From: Minisyncoccota bacterium
Lineage (GTDB): Bacteria > Patescibacteriota > Minisyncoccia > Phycocordibacterales > UBA5272
Length of the DNA: 64,000 nucleotides
NCBI GenBank assembly: GCA_041651055.1
Contig: JBAZJW010000001.1
Span: 177,021-241,020, forward strand
Direction of reading: 5' to 3'
Positions 37,493 through 47,011 of the stretch are shown in pieces. Positions within the stretch are counted from its first letter, which is position 1. The number at the start of each line of letters is the position of its first letter. The position numbers were made by a program, and so were the translations under genes. The notes beneath the pieces are model-generated. The model was not told the DNA's origin. It saw only the letters and a program-made list of their open reading frames with translations, and ran no database searches.

Positions 37493-40400
37493 ATGGAACC
37501 AACTTTCGAGAGTCGTTACAAAGCACTCAATCAAGCACAGAAGAAAGCTGTAGATACTACTGACGGCCCTGTGATGGTTATAGCTGGTCCTGGAAGTGGA
37601 AAGACAGAACTTCTCTCACTTCGCGTGGGAAACATTCTTAAAAACGGCACAGCGAAGGCCTCGAACATTCTCCTTCTCACTTTTACTGAGACAGCTGCAC
37701 AAAATATGCGCGAGAGATTGGAAGCGCTCATCGGAGCAGATGCGTATCGTGTCGCTATCTACACCTTCCATGGATTTTGTACGGACATTATAGGGAGATA
37801 CCCGGAATACTTTTTCAATGCCACACACTTCAGACCAGCGAGTGACTTGGCTCAAAGTGAAATTTTGCAGACGATTTTCGAGCATCTTCCTCACAAGCAC
37901 ATACTCGGGAGCTATCACCCAGAGCGAGGGTATGCTTATTTGAAAGAATGTCAGGTGAGAATTAAAGATATTAAAAAAGGTGGACTGACACCGATGAGAT
38001 GGAGGGAGTTGATGGGGGAAAATGCGGCAGCATTTTCCACATTAAACGATATTCTTGCAACCCACCTCCCAGAGCGAATCGGAAAAGATTCTCACACTGC
38101 TTTTGAAACAATGCAATCACTCTTTGAAAAAACGGGAAGCAATCTCGGTCACATGTATGCACTTTCAATTAAAGAAGCACTTGATGAGGTAGACGCTACC
38201 GAAAAAACAACACCACTTTCAGAATGGAAAACAGACTTCACAGGAAAAGACGAGAATGGTAAGCGGGTATTCAAAGATTTTTTGTTGCTTCCGAAGCTTA
38301 TAGCACTCGGAGATGTGTATGAGATGTATCAGAATGCACTTCACACTGCCGGATACTTTGATTATGAAGATATGATTCTTCAAGTAGTGGAAGCTCTCGG
38401 CAAACATGTGACGCTTCGCACAGAGCTTGAAGAAATGTATCAGTACATCATGGTGGACGAATTCCAAGACACCAACAATGCACAACTCTCACTTGTAAAA
38501 GCTATTTCGAGTAACCCAGTGCATGAAGGTAGACCGAATGTCTGTGTGGTAGGGGATGATGATCAAGCCATTTACAAATTCCAAGGGGCGGAGATTTCAA
38601 ACATTCATTCCTTCAAAGAACTTTACAACGATGTGGAGACTATCGTTCTCACAGAAAATTATCGATCGACTCAAAAGGTGCTGGATTTTGCACGTGCCAT
38701 TGTAACCCAAGGTGTGAATCGTCTCGAAACTCGTTATGAAGAAATTAGTAAAGTGCTCATTGCTAAAAATAAAAAACTAGAATCAGGGACCATTTATACA
38801 CAGGCTTTTTCGACAGCCGAAGAAGAGTACGTCTACATCGCTGGAGAAGTGGAACGACATTTAGCAGAAGGTGTTCCTGCAAAAGAGATAGCCCTCATCG
38901 CACGCGAACACAAACAGCTCATTTTATTATTGCCATATCTCGACGCACTCCATGTACCGTACACATACACGCGCAAAGAAAATGTGTTCGACGAGAAACA
39001 TGTAAAAGAACTTATTATGTTATGTCGTTTTTTGGCAACTGTAAGCGATAGCACTAATGAACGAGATGATTTATTGCCGGAGATTTTGGCCTTCCCATTT
39101 TGGGGGCTCAATCGTATCAGTATTTGGCGCATCGCCGAACATGCTAAAAGAGAAAACATTTCGTGGCTTACCGCAATGTCACAGTCGGAAGACATTCGTA
39201 TCAAAGATCTCGCAGCATTCTTGATAGAGCTCGGTGTCGCCAGCCAAACCACACCACTAGAAATTATTTTGGACACGCTCATTGGCAGTAAAGACGTACC
39301 ACTTACAACTGAGTCACCAGAAGATGATGCGAACTTTGACCCGACATCACTTCATTTAGAAACATCTTTCACCTCACCATACAAAGAATACTATTTTGGA
39401 AAAGACGCACTCAAACATAATGCGAGTACATATATTAATTTCCTTTCATCACTTCGTGTTTTTATGCATGCACTTCGTGAATATAAAGAAGGGGAGACCC
39501 TTCGCACGCATGATGTCGGAGCCTTCGTCGATATTCATACTGACTACAATATTCCACTCATCAATGAGACACCCTTTGCGCATAATGAAAACTCTGTGTC
39601 GCTCCTTACCTCTCACGGCGCGAAGGGACTGGAGTTCGCTTATGTCTTTGTCGTGTCCGTTAACGATGCTATTTGGGCCGGAAGTAAAAAGGGGAACAAA
39701 CTTTCATTTCCAATCAACCTTCCACTTGCAAGTGCGGGGGACAACGAGGACGATTTCATTCGACTCTTTTACGTAGCACTCACACGCGCACGTCACACAC
39801 TCTATATCACACATCACAAAAGTCCATTACGATTTTTATCGACGAGTGAATTGCCGGATACAGAAACATCACGCCCAACACTTGAAGTCCCGGACCTTCT
39901 TGCTCACGGTCTTTCTGTGTATCACGCTCCTCCATTTGCAAAAGATGAAAAAGCCTTGCTTCAAAAAGTGGTAGAAGGGTACATGTTGTCACCGACGCAT
40001 CTCAATAACTTTTTGGACTTAACAAAAGGGGGTCCGATGATGTTCCTGGAACAGAACCTCCTTCGTTTTCCTCAAGCCAAGAATGCAAGCAGTGTCTATG
40101 GTACAGCGATTCACAAGGCGCTCGAAGATGCACACATCATGGCTCGCAAAGATGGGAAAGTTCCACCACTTGAAACACTTATCAAAACATTTGTTCATGA
40201 ACTAAAACGTGGCCGCCTACAGGACTTTGAAGAAGATAAATTATTAGCACGTGGAGAAAAAGTGTTGACGCAGTATTACGATATCAAGAAAAAAGATATT
40301 AGCGGTGAACATATTGTCGAACTCAACTTCTCCAAGCAGTCCGTGATGGTTGGCGGAGCATTGCTCACAGGAAAGATAGATAAAATTATTGAAGATGAAA

Positions 40401-40798
40401 ATAAAGACTGGACCGTGGTAGATTTAAAAACAGGAAAAGGATTCAGTGCATGGGACGAGCCGAAGCAAAGTGTGTACGACGAAATAAAACTTCACCACTA
40501 CAAGTACCAACTAATGATGTACAAAGTGCTCGTAGAAAATTCTCGAGATCATAATACGCGGACCGTAAAAGAAGGAGTGCTTGAATTCGTCGAAGAAGAA
40601 GTGGCAGGGAAAATACAAGAGCTGTCGCTTTCTTTTAAAGATAAAGACGTGGAGCACGACCTCGCAAAATTTACCAAGCTTATTATGGCGGTGTACACCA
40701 AAATCACGAACCTCGATTTCCCAGATACAAGCACGTACGCAGAAAGTTTGGAGGGCATCAAAGAATTCGAAGAAGATTTAATCGCCGGAGTTATATAA
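37493..40798 (+). CDS. UvrD/PcrA-type helicase fused to C-terminal RecB-family (PD-(D/E)xK) nuclease, AddA-like
   Basis: Walker A AGPGSGKTE, helicase motifs (DEFQDTN, VVGDDDQAIYKFQGA), C-terminal GKIDKI...VVDLKTGK nuclease motif. Confidence 0.8.
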   Translation: MEPTFESRYKALNQAQKKAVDTTDGPVMVIAGPGSGKTELLSLRVGNILKNGTAKASNILLLTFTETAAQNMRERLEALIGADAYRVAIYTFHGFCTDIIGRYPEYFFNATHFRPASDLAQSEILQTIFEHLPHKHILGSYHPERGYAYLKECQVRIKDIKKGGLTPMRWRELMGENAAAFSTLNDILATHLPERIGKDSHTAFETMQSLFEKTGSNLGHMYALSIKEALDEVDATEKTTPLSEWKTDFTGKDENGKRVFKDFLLLPKLIALGDVYEMYQNALHTAGYFDYEDMILQVVEALGKHVTLRTELEEMYQYIMVDEFQDTNNAQLSLVKAISSNPVHEGRPNVCVVGDDDQAIYKFQGAEISNIHSFKELYNDVETIVLTENYRSTQKVLDFARAIVTQGVNRLETRYEEISKVLIAKNKKLESGTIYTQAFSTAEEEYVYIAGEVERHLAEGVPAKEIALIAREHKQLILLLPYLDALHVPYTYTRKENVFDEKHVKELIMLCRFLATVSDSTNERDDLLPEILAFPFWGLNRISIWRIAEHAKRENISWLTAMSQSEDIRIKDLAAFLIELGVASQTTPLEIILDTLIGSKDVPLTTESPEDDANFDPTSLHLETSFTSPYKEYYFGKDALKHNASTYINFLSSLRVFMHALREYKEGETLRTHDVGAFVDIHTDYNIPLINETPFAHNENSVSLLTSHGAKGLEFAYVFVVSVNDAIWAGSKKGNKLSFPINLPLASAGDNEDDFIRLFYVALTRARHTLYITHHKSPLRFLSTSELPDTETSRPTLEVPDLLAHGLSVYHAPPFAKDEKALLQKVVEGYMLSPTHLNNFLDLTKGGPMMFLEQNLLRFPQAKNASSVYGTAIHKALEDAHIMARKDGKVPPLETLIKTFVHELKRGRLQDFEEDKLLARGEKVLTQYYDIKKKDISGEHIVELNFSKQSVMVGGALLTGKIDKIIEDENKDWTVVDLKTGKGFSAWDEPKQSVYDEIKLHHYKYQLMMYKVLVENSRDHNTRTVKEGVLEFVEEEVAGKIQELSLSFKDKDVEHDLAKFTKLIMAVYTKITNLDFPDTSTYAESLEGIKEFEEDLIAGVI

Positions 40799-40802
40799 CT
40801 GT

Positions 40803-41114
40803 GTGAAAAAAGTAAATGAACGAGGAACGCACACGACAACTATTGAGGGTGCAAAAGATATACTGAAAGCTTTTAATAAAATTGGAGTGGTTGTATCGCC
40901 TGGGGTAATCGAAGCCAATGCAAAATCAAGAGGCAAAAGCGTGAAGTTAAAAAAAGTAAACAATGAGACATTCGAAATGGTTGTCGTTGTGAATAGTAGC
41001 AAACAAACATTCAAAGTATACGGTGAAAATCAAAGAGATATTATCAAGCTTATCAATAGTTTCAAATCAGAAAATTGGAATGTGCAGAAGGTGTTGGATA
41101 TTTCGGGAAAATAA
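40803..41114 (+). CDS. hypothetical protein
   Basis: 103 aa ORF 5 nt after helicase stop; followed by terminator 41142-41178. Confidence 0.35.
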   Translation: MKKVNERGTHTTTIEGAKDILKAFNKIGVVVSPGVIEANAKSRGKSVKLKKVNNETFEMVVVVNSSKQTFKVYGENQRDIIKLINSFKSENWNVQKVLDISGK

Positions 41115-41187
41115 AACACAGTAGCAAAATATAAGGCAAATAAAAAAGCCGTCCCGTAGGGGCGGCCTTTGTTGCGAACAAGGAAGG

Positions 41188-41598
41188 TCAGGCTTCAATA
41201 CGAATCCTGCTGTTGTACGCATCCCACAACTTGCGAAGAGCAAGGGGGTACTGCACCCGGAAGTTATTGTGGAGCTCATTTCCCACTTCAACCCTTGGGG
41301 CAAGGACGAAGGCTCCGAGATTGAATATTTTCCTGTTCTTGAGGTGCCTTGCGAACCTGCTGGAAAATCTCTTGTTCGGAAAGGCTTCAAAGAAGCTGAT
41401 AACCGGGAAATTTTCCCAATTGGCGCCGTCCTGAAACATCTCCCTTAAAGCTTTGAGATCACTGAGAGCCTTCGGGGCCTCCAGTTTTCCTTGGCGATCG
41501 AGGATTTCAACCCTTTCAATCGCCCAGTTGACAGCGAACTTTGCCTGAGCCAAATGTTCAGGGTCGGGTTTTTCCTTCTTTTTCACAGAGGTTACCAT
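41188..41598 (-). CDS. hypothetical protein (GC-rich insert)
   Basis: ATG preceded by AAGGAGAAGCTC RBS; about 52% GC. Confidence 0.35.
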   Translation of the reverse strand: MVTSVKKKEKPDPEHLAQAKFAVNWAIERVEILDRQGKLEAPKALSDLKALREMFQDGANWENFPVISFFEAFPNKRFSSRFARHLKNRKIFNLGAFVLAPRVEVGNELHNNFRVQYPLALRKLWDAYNSRIRIEA

Positions 41599-42053
41599 GA
41601 GCTTCTCCTTGAGGTTGTTGCGTGGTGGTTACCACGGGCGGCCGGGGTCCTTGCTTGCAGAGCAAGTGCGTACAAGTGGCGCTGCCTCTCCGCGCCAGAC
41701 TTTTCGAGCTCGTGAAGAATGAAAAACAGTTCCCGTGTGGAAGCTGTTAGGAATGCCGACACTGTCGAGATCCCAACTTCTTCAAAACGAAGAACTGTCA
41801 TCTTGCACGTACAAATCTCTCCCAGCGCAAAATCAATAGGGCCAAGAGATTCAGAAACGGAGATGCGAGCATGGAGCAACAGTTCTAACGCCCCTCTCAG
41901 TCGTGCGGCATCCTCTTCCGTAACTTCCAAAGGGGGAAGGAATCTTAACGCAAAATCATTTTTAAGTCGCAACAATAGACGACAAGACTGAGCGGCGTGA
42001 GATAAGTCATTCCTCATCTCCACTCGGTCCAAAAGATGTGGCTTTTGATTCAT
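41592..42053 (-). CDS. hypothetical protein (GC-rich insert)
   Basis: Start set at ATG with GAAGGAAAACC RBS; ORF-track version 41592..42203. Confidence 0.3.
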   Translation of the reverse strand: MNQKPHLLDRVEMRNDLSHAAQSCRLLLRLKNDFALRFLPPLEVTEEDAARLRGALELLLHARISVSESLGPIDFALGEICTCKMTVLRFEEVGISTVSAFLTASTRELFFILHELEKSGAERQRHLYALALQARTPAARGNHHATTSRRSSW

Positions 42054-42203
42054 GGTTTTCCTTCTTATTGTGATCACCTTACGGGGATCGGGGTTGAAAA
42101 AACTAAGAACTGAAGGGAATACTATACCACGCAGATAGTTTGAGGTCAATAATTTTTTACATGCACAACAACCCTTTCCTCTTACTGCTATACTAGAATA
42201 CAT

Positions 42204-43091
42204 ATGCCAGACAAATATTCAGCAGTATGGGTGTCACATTCTTCGATGGGGGACTTTCTAAAATGTCCTCGACTGTACTACTTGCACAACATGTACAAGA
42301 GTCCAAAAACGGGACACAAGATGTCTATCGTGAGTCCACACATGTCTCTCGGTATCGCAGTACATGAAGTATTGGAAGGGCTCGCGGAATATCCATCACA
42401 TGAAAGAATGAACATTGACCTTCGTGCAAAGTTCGAAGAAGCTTGGCTTAAGGTGACGGGGAAAAAAGGAGGGTTCACCTCAGTCGACGAAGAGGAGGGG
42501 TTCAAGTCTCGCGGCAAAGAAATGATAAACAACGTCATCAAAGATCCACGTTTTTTACCGAATAAATGCATCAAGCTAAAGCGCGATACCATGCCGTGTA
42601 ATTTTTACATTAGCGAAGATCACAATATTATTCTAAACGGCCTTGTTGACTGGATTGAATATCTTCCAGAAACCGACTCCCTTCATATTGTTGACTTCAA
42701 AACAGGAAAGCATGAGGAGAAAGAAGGGTCACTGCAACTTCCAATTTATCTTTTGCTTTGTAATGCATTACAAAAGCGTGCAGTGACGAAGGCGAGTTAT
42801 TGGTATCTCGAAACAGACGAAATGAAAGAGGTGTCTCTCCCCGACAAAGACAAGGCCGAGAAAGATGTGCTCGCTATCGCCATGCAAGTAAAAGAAGCTC
42901 GCGTGAAAGCAAAGAGAGAAGGTGAGAAGAGCGTATTCGTTTGTCCACAGGGGCCGTATAATCCAGAAACAAAAGAAGGCGGATGTTTCGGGTGTCGGCC
43001 ATATGAGATGATTCTTGCGGGCGACGAAAGCATGGAATCAGTCGGTATCGGAGGGTTCAATCAGGACATGTACATAGTAAGAACTATGTAA
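42204..43091 (+). CDS. PD-(D/E)xK nuclease with C-terminal Cys cluster (Cas4/AddB-nuclease-like)
   Basis: IVDFKTGK nuclease motif; C-terminal CPQGPYNPETKEGGCFGCRPYE cysteines typical of Fe-S nucleases. Confidence 0.6.
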   Translation: MPDKYSAVWVSHSSMGDFLKCPRLYYLHNMYKSPKTGHKMSIVSPHMSLGIAVHEVLEGLAEYPSHERMNIDLRAKFEEAWLKVTGKKGGFTSVDEEEGFKSRGKEMINNVIKDPRFLPNKCIKLKRDTMPCNFYISEDHNIILNGLVDWIEYLPETDSLHIVDFKTGKHEEKEGSLQLPIYLLLCNALQKRAVTKASYWYLETDEMKEVSLPDKDKAEKDVLAIAMQVKEARVKAKREGEKSVFVCPQGPYNPETKEGGCFGCRPYEMILAGDESMESVGIGGFNQDMYIVRTM

Positions 43092-43100
43092 ACTATTCAT

Positions 43101-43577
43101 ATGACAAAAATAACAACAAAACAATTATTGCTTGCTCAAACTATTGTTCTTCTTCTTGGAACACTCTTTGCATGGTCAAAACTACTGGAACAAATAAGCA
43201 CATTCCAACTTCGCTATGGTACTTTATTTCGCTTTCGCGACTGTACACTACCAAACCCATTTACCACACCGTGTCTCTATGGATCTATTGCTTTTCTTGT
43301 CGCTCTTGCGTGGAGTTATTATCTTTTCCTCAAACCAAATGAAAAGCAAGAAAGACTCCTTCGCAATTTTCTCATCTTTTGTGTGGCTTTTGCCGGTACA
43401 GTATTTGCGTATGAACTCATCGACTATTACAAAGTGTTTGATACCGGGGGCATTATCAAAAGCTGCTCACCGGGGACCGTGCCATTTAAGACACCATGTT
43501 TCTACGGACTGATATTCTTTACCTTAGCGTGCAGTGTTTCATTTGTCATTACAAAAAACAAAAAACTCCACTTGTAA
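43101..43577 (+). CDS. membrane protein with internally duplicated Cys motif
   Basis: DCTLPNPFTTPCLYG and SCSPGTVPFKTPCFYG each followed by a TM helix. Confidence 0.4.
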   Translation: MTKITTKQLLLAQTIVLLLGTLFAWSKLLEQISTFQLRYGTLFRFRDCTLPNPFTTPCLYGSIAFLVALAWSYYLFLKPNEKQERLLRNFLIFCVAFAGTVFAYELIDYYKVFDTGGIIKSCSPGTVPFKTPCFYGLIFFTLACSVSFVITKNKKLHL

Positions 43578-43604
43578 TATCCAAAAAGTGATACACTTAT
43601 TATT

Positions 43605-44000
43605 ATGAATACATACGATTACTATCTAACACTTATCAGACCAACATGGGCGCCACCAGCATGGATATTTGGCCCTGTCTGGACCGTGCTGTATATCATC
43701 ATTGCGGTTACGTTTGGGTATGTCTTGTATCAGTGTTGGAAAGGTAAACTTACAAGGGGGACATTCTTTCCTTTCATGCTCAACATTATCTTTAACCTTG
43801 CGTTTACACCAATTCAATTCGGATTACAGAACAACCTCCTCGCGTCTCTTGATATCATTTTAGTTCTCATCACTCTTCTTTGGGCAATGTTTTCTATACA
43901 AAAGAAATATACATGGGTAGCACTTGCAAACTTTCCTTACCTCGTATGGGTATCCTTCGCAACCGTACTACAACTTACAGTCACCTATTTAAATCTCTAA
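43605..44000 (+). CDS. tspO: TspO/MBR family protein
   Basis: IRPTWAPPAWIFGPVWTVLYIIIAVTFGY matches the TspO conserved N-terminal block. Confidence 0.7.
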   Translation: MNTYDYYLTLIRPTWAPPAWIFGPVWTVLYIIIAVTFGYVLYQCWKGKLTRGTFFPFMLNIIFNLAFTPIQFGLQNNLLASLDIILVLITLLWAMFSIQKKYTWVALANFPYLVWVSFATVLQLTVTYLNL

Positions 44001-44456
44001 ATGGCAGCAACTAAAACTAAACAAAAATATTTACTCGGAGTAGTTTTACTTATTCTTGGAATTTATCTTGGTGGGGGACTTGTGCAGTATGTACATGAAC
44101 AGAAAAAAGAAACAGCTAAGAAGCAAGTGGCAGATGATCTTAACAATACAGACACCCGTGTCAAAGGTTTGTATACGCAGATGAGCAACACCCTCTATGA
44201 CTCGATTCCGGATAAAGATTTCGTAAACTTCGCAAAGACTATCATCGAACCACGATGTCCATTCTATGTGCCTAACGGCATCACATATCGTGAATGTCTC
44301 TCAGATTGGGAACAAGGTCTCGAAGCAAAAACATTGACTGAAGCCGTGGATGAAGTGCATGCGTATTGCACAACATTTACAAAAAAGTATACCGACGAAA
44401 GCTCTCTTGAAGGGCAAGAGCTTTTTCTCAAATGTGCCATCTATAAACTTCAGTGA
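44001..44456 (+). CDS. hypothetical membrane-anchored protein
   Basis: N-terminal TM, Cys-containing body; terminator at 44483-44516. Confidence 0.35.
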   Translation: MAATKTKQKYLLGVVLLILGIYLGGGLVQYVHEQKKETAKKQVADDLNNTDTRVKGLYTQMSNTLYDSIPDKDFVNFAKTIIEPRCPFYVPNGITYRECLSDWEQGLEAKTLTEAVDEVHAYCTTFTKKYTDESSLEGQELFLKCAIYKLQ

Positions 44457-44551
44457 CAGTAAGAAAATAACAAAGAGAAAATAAAGAGCGGTGCCACAGG
44501 CACCGCTCTTTATTTGAATTATTTTAGTTATACACAGTTGTTCTATTGTAC

Positions 44552-44567
44552 TAGAACAACTGTTCTA
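44552..44567 (+). promoter_or_regulatory. LexA (SOS) box TAGAACAACTGTTCTA overlapping the lexA promoter
   Basis: GAAC-N4-GTTC palindrome 6 nt upstream of TAGAAT -10, which is 2 nt upstream of the lexA ATG; a third half-site GTTCTA lies at 44540-44545. Confidence 0.55.
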
Positions 44568-44581
44568 CTACACTAGAATAC

Positions 44582-45145
44582 ATGAAAGACGATCAAGAAC
44601 TAGCAGCATTCTTCACGAGATGGAAGCGCATGCCGACATACGAAGAAATGAAAGATCTTTTCGGTGTCGCTTCGAAAAACACCGTCGCGTACAGAGTCAA
44701 AAAAATGATTGAGGCCGGTATATTGGAGAAGAATGGCAACAAGCTCTCTCTCGTACAAACAGGCAGCGTCATGAGGCTTGGAACCGTTCAGGCGGGATTC
44801 CCGACAGCGGCCGAAGAAGATATCGCCTCAGAACTCATGTCACTCGATGACTTCCTTATCGAAAGAAAACAATCGACCTATATGTTAGAAGTCAGAGGGG
44901 AGTCAATGAAAGACGCAGGTATCATGGAAGGAGATCTCGTGCTCGTAGAAAGAGGAAGGACGGCCAAAAGAGGAGACATCGTCCTTGCCCTCGTAGACAA
45001 TGAATACACGCTTAAATATTTAGAAACAGAAAAAGGTAAACCCGTACTCGTTCCCGCAAACAAAGCTTTCAAAAAAATTTATCCTAACCCAAACACCTTA
45101 CGCATAGAAGCAGTCCTTAAAGCAGTTATTAGAAAATACAAATAA
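44582..45145 (+). CDS. lexA: LexA-family repressor (S24 peptidase)
   Basis: N-terminal wHTH, VQAGFP cleavage-site region, EVRGESM (Ser) and KRGDIVLA (Lys) S24 dyad. Confidence 0.8.
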   Translation: MKDDQELAAFFTRWKRMPTYEEMKDLFGVASKNTVAYRVKKMIEAGILEKNGNKLSLVQTGSVMRLGTVQAGFPTAAEEDIASELMSLDDFLIERKQSTYMLEVRGESMKDAGIMEGDLVLVERGRTAKRGDIVLALVDNEYTLKYLETEKGKPVLVPANKAFKKIYPNPNTLRIEAVLKAVIRKYK

Positions 45146-45292
45146 TCCATGAACACATTACACCTCATCATCAGTACTATCCGGTCACCTAAAAAAGTAG
45201 AGCGAGTACATCTCAGTCGAGATATCAAAACTCTTCTCGAATGGAGTGTCCAGTAATCTATTTACAAAAAATATCAAACCTAAATTATCATC

Positions 45293-45724
45293 ATGACATC
45301 CACCCGAGCAATCATTCACATACGAGCGGCAAGTAAAGTAGTTACCTCCATCAACTACAGTAGACGCATGTATGCTGTCATCAGACGCTACACACCGGAC
45401 GTTGTAGAAGGAAGCGCAAATGAATGCCTTGCGGACCTCACTGGATTGCGTACATTCTTTAAAATGACCTATGCCGAAATCGCTGAAAATATAATCAAAG
45501 AACTTTCTCGAGAAATCGGTGTGAAGTTCACACTTAGTATTGCGACCAACAAAGCGTTTACCGACGCCAAAAACAAAGGCAAGAAAGTGCAGAGCATTTC
45601 TACCTACAAAGAAATCAATTCACTCTTCGCTGGATCTTCATTTGTACACAAAGGACATCGCTCGCGGATTGGAAAAGTGCACGGAAGACGTCTCGCCGTT
45701 CCTTTCATTGGAAAAGTTTCATAG
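45293..45724 (+). CDS. hypothetical protein
   Basis: 143 aa ORF, no recognisable motif. Confidence 0.3.
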   Translation: MTSTRAIIHIRAASKVVTSINYSRRMYAVIRRYTPDVVEGSANECLADLTGLRTFFKMTYAEIAENIIKELSREIGVKFTLSIATNKAFTDAKNKGKKVQSISTYKEINSLFAGSSFVHKGHRSRIGKVHGRRLAVPFIGKVS

Positions 45725-45744
45725 AGTATCGTATCATAAAGGGA

Positions 45745-46260
45745 ATGATACCTACTCCACAAACAGTTGTTGTCCATGATAGCTTTCAGAAAAACTATAC
45801 CTATACACGCACAGAAGAAGTGGGTAAGAATTTTGACCCACTTTTTAAACCAGACCTTACTCCGAAAGAAATGCTCGCTCTCGGTGTCTTCGGTGGGAAA
45901 TATATGACAGATTGTAGGGATGAATTTCCGGCGGATTGGTTTACGCACGCCAAACTTTCTCCAATCAAAAAAGATAAAGAGCTGAACTATTTTAAAGTAA
46001 ACGCTAGCCAGTCACTTTCCATGTGGAAACTTAATGGATGGCTTCATAAAGATGATCCTAGAGGATGGTTCCAGTGGTACTGTAGATATTACATGGGTAG
46101 ACGCCTTCCAAAAGAAGACGAGAGGCAGATCAAGCGCTGGCGCAACATGACTCGCCATGTGGCACAACTGCGAAACAAGTGTAGAGCAGGGGACGCGTCA
46201 TGTAATACCAGACAACGACAAGCCTTGCTTCACTGGGCCTATGATTCGAGAAAACTTTAA
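45745..46260 (+). CDS. conserved hypothetical protein (possibly DUF4385-like)
   Basis: LFKPDLTPKEMLALGVFGGKYM ... DPRGWFQWYCRYYMGRR pattern recalled from a conserved family of unknown function. Confidence 0.35.
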   Translation: MIPTPQTVVVHDSFQKNYTYTRTEEVGKNFDPLFKPDLTPKEMLALGVFGGKYMTDCRDEFPADWFTHAKLSPIKKDKELNYFKVNASQSLSMWKLNGWLHKDDPRGWFQWYCRYYMGRRLPKEDERQIKRWRNMTRHVAQLRNKCRAGDASCNTRQRQALLHWAYDSRKL

Positions 46261-46261
46261 T

Positions 46262-46816
46262 ATGCAACACCAACTCATGTTTGAGGGAAATACTATTACC
46301 TATACTCGTACCCTAAGCACGCGTGCAAGAGCGATTCGACTAGCTGTATACCACGACGGAAGCTGTAAACTTACTACACCACGACATGTACGTGAAGATT
46401 TTGTAGAAAAATTTCTCAATGAGAAAGCTGCTTGGATATACGAGAAAGTAACACATTTCAAAAATAACCCTCGCACCGTTCTAGGAAAAGGGACCAAGAA
46501 AGAATTAAACGTTCACAAAGAAGCTGTACATACACTTGTAATGGAACGACTCCTTCACTTCAACCAACACTACAAGACAAAATGGAACAAGATCACCATC
46601 AGAAACCAGTCGTCACGCTGGGGAAGCTGTTCAAAGCAGGGAAATTTAAGTTTTAATTACAAATTGATTGATATACCACAAGCACTTTCGGATTACATTA
46701 TTGTGCATGAACTTTGCCATTTGAAAGAAATGAACCACTCAGCTAATTTTTGGAAACTTGTTGAACAAACAATTCCTGACTATAAGAATCGCCGGAAACT
46801 TTTGAAAAATCTGTAG
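46262..46816 (+). CDS. YgjP-like metal-dependent hydrolase (DUF45, M48-related)
   Basis: WGSCSKQGNLSFNYKLIDIPQALSDYIIVHELCHLKEMNHSANFW signature. Confidence 0.7.
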   Translation: MQHQLMFEGNTITYTRTLSTRARAIRLAVYHDGSCKLTTPRHVREDFVEKFLNEKAAWIYEKVTHFKNNPRTVLGKGTKKELNVHKEAVHTLVMERLLHFNQHYKTKWNKITIRNQSSRWGSCSKQGNLSFNYKLIDIPQALSDYIIVHELCHLKEMNHSANFWKLVEQTIPDYKNRRKLLKNL

Positions 46817-47011
46817 ACTGTTTGCTGTAGACTGTTATACTGTCTACATGCAACTTATTTCACTTATTCTCAATTTTATTCTCAGTATACTTAGTATGCT
46901 CCTTCAAGCGTTGGCTGATTTCTTCAATTTCATTCTCCATTTTTTTAGTATTATCTTCTCGTAAGATACTTGGTTTACTTAGATGAGGTAGAGGTCTATA
47001 CTAAATGGCAT

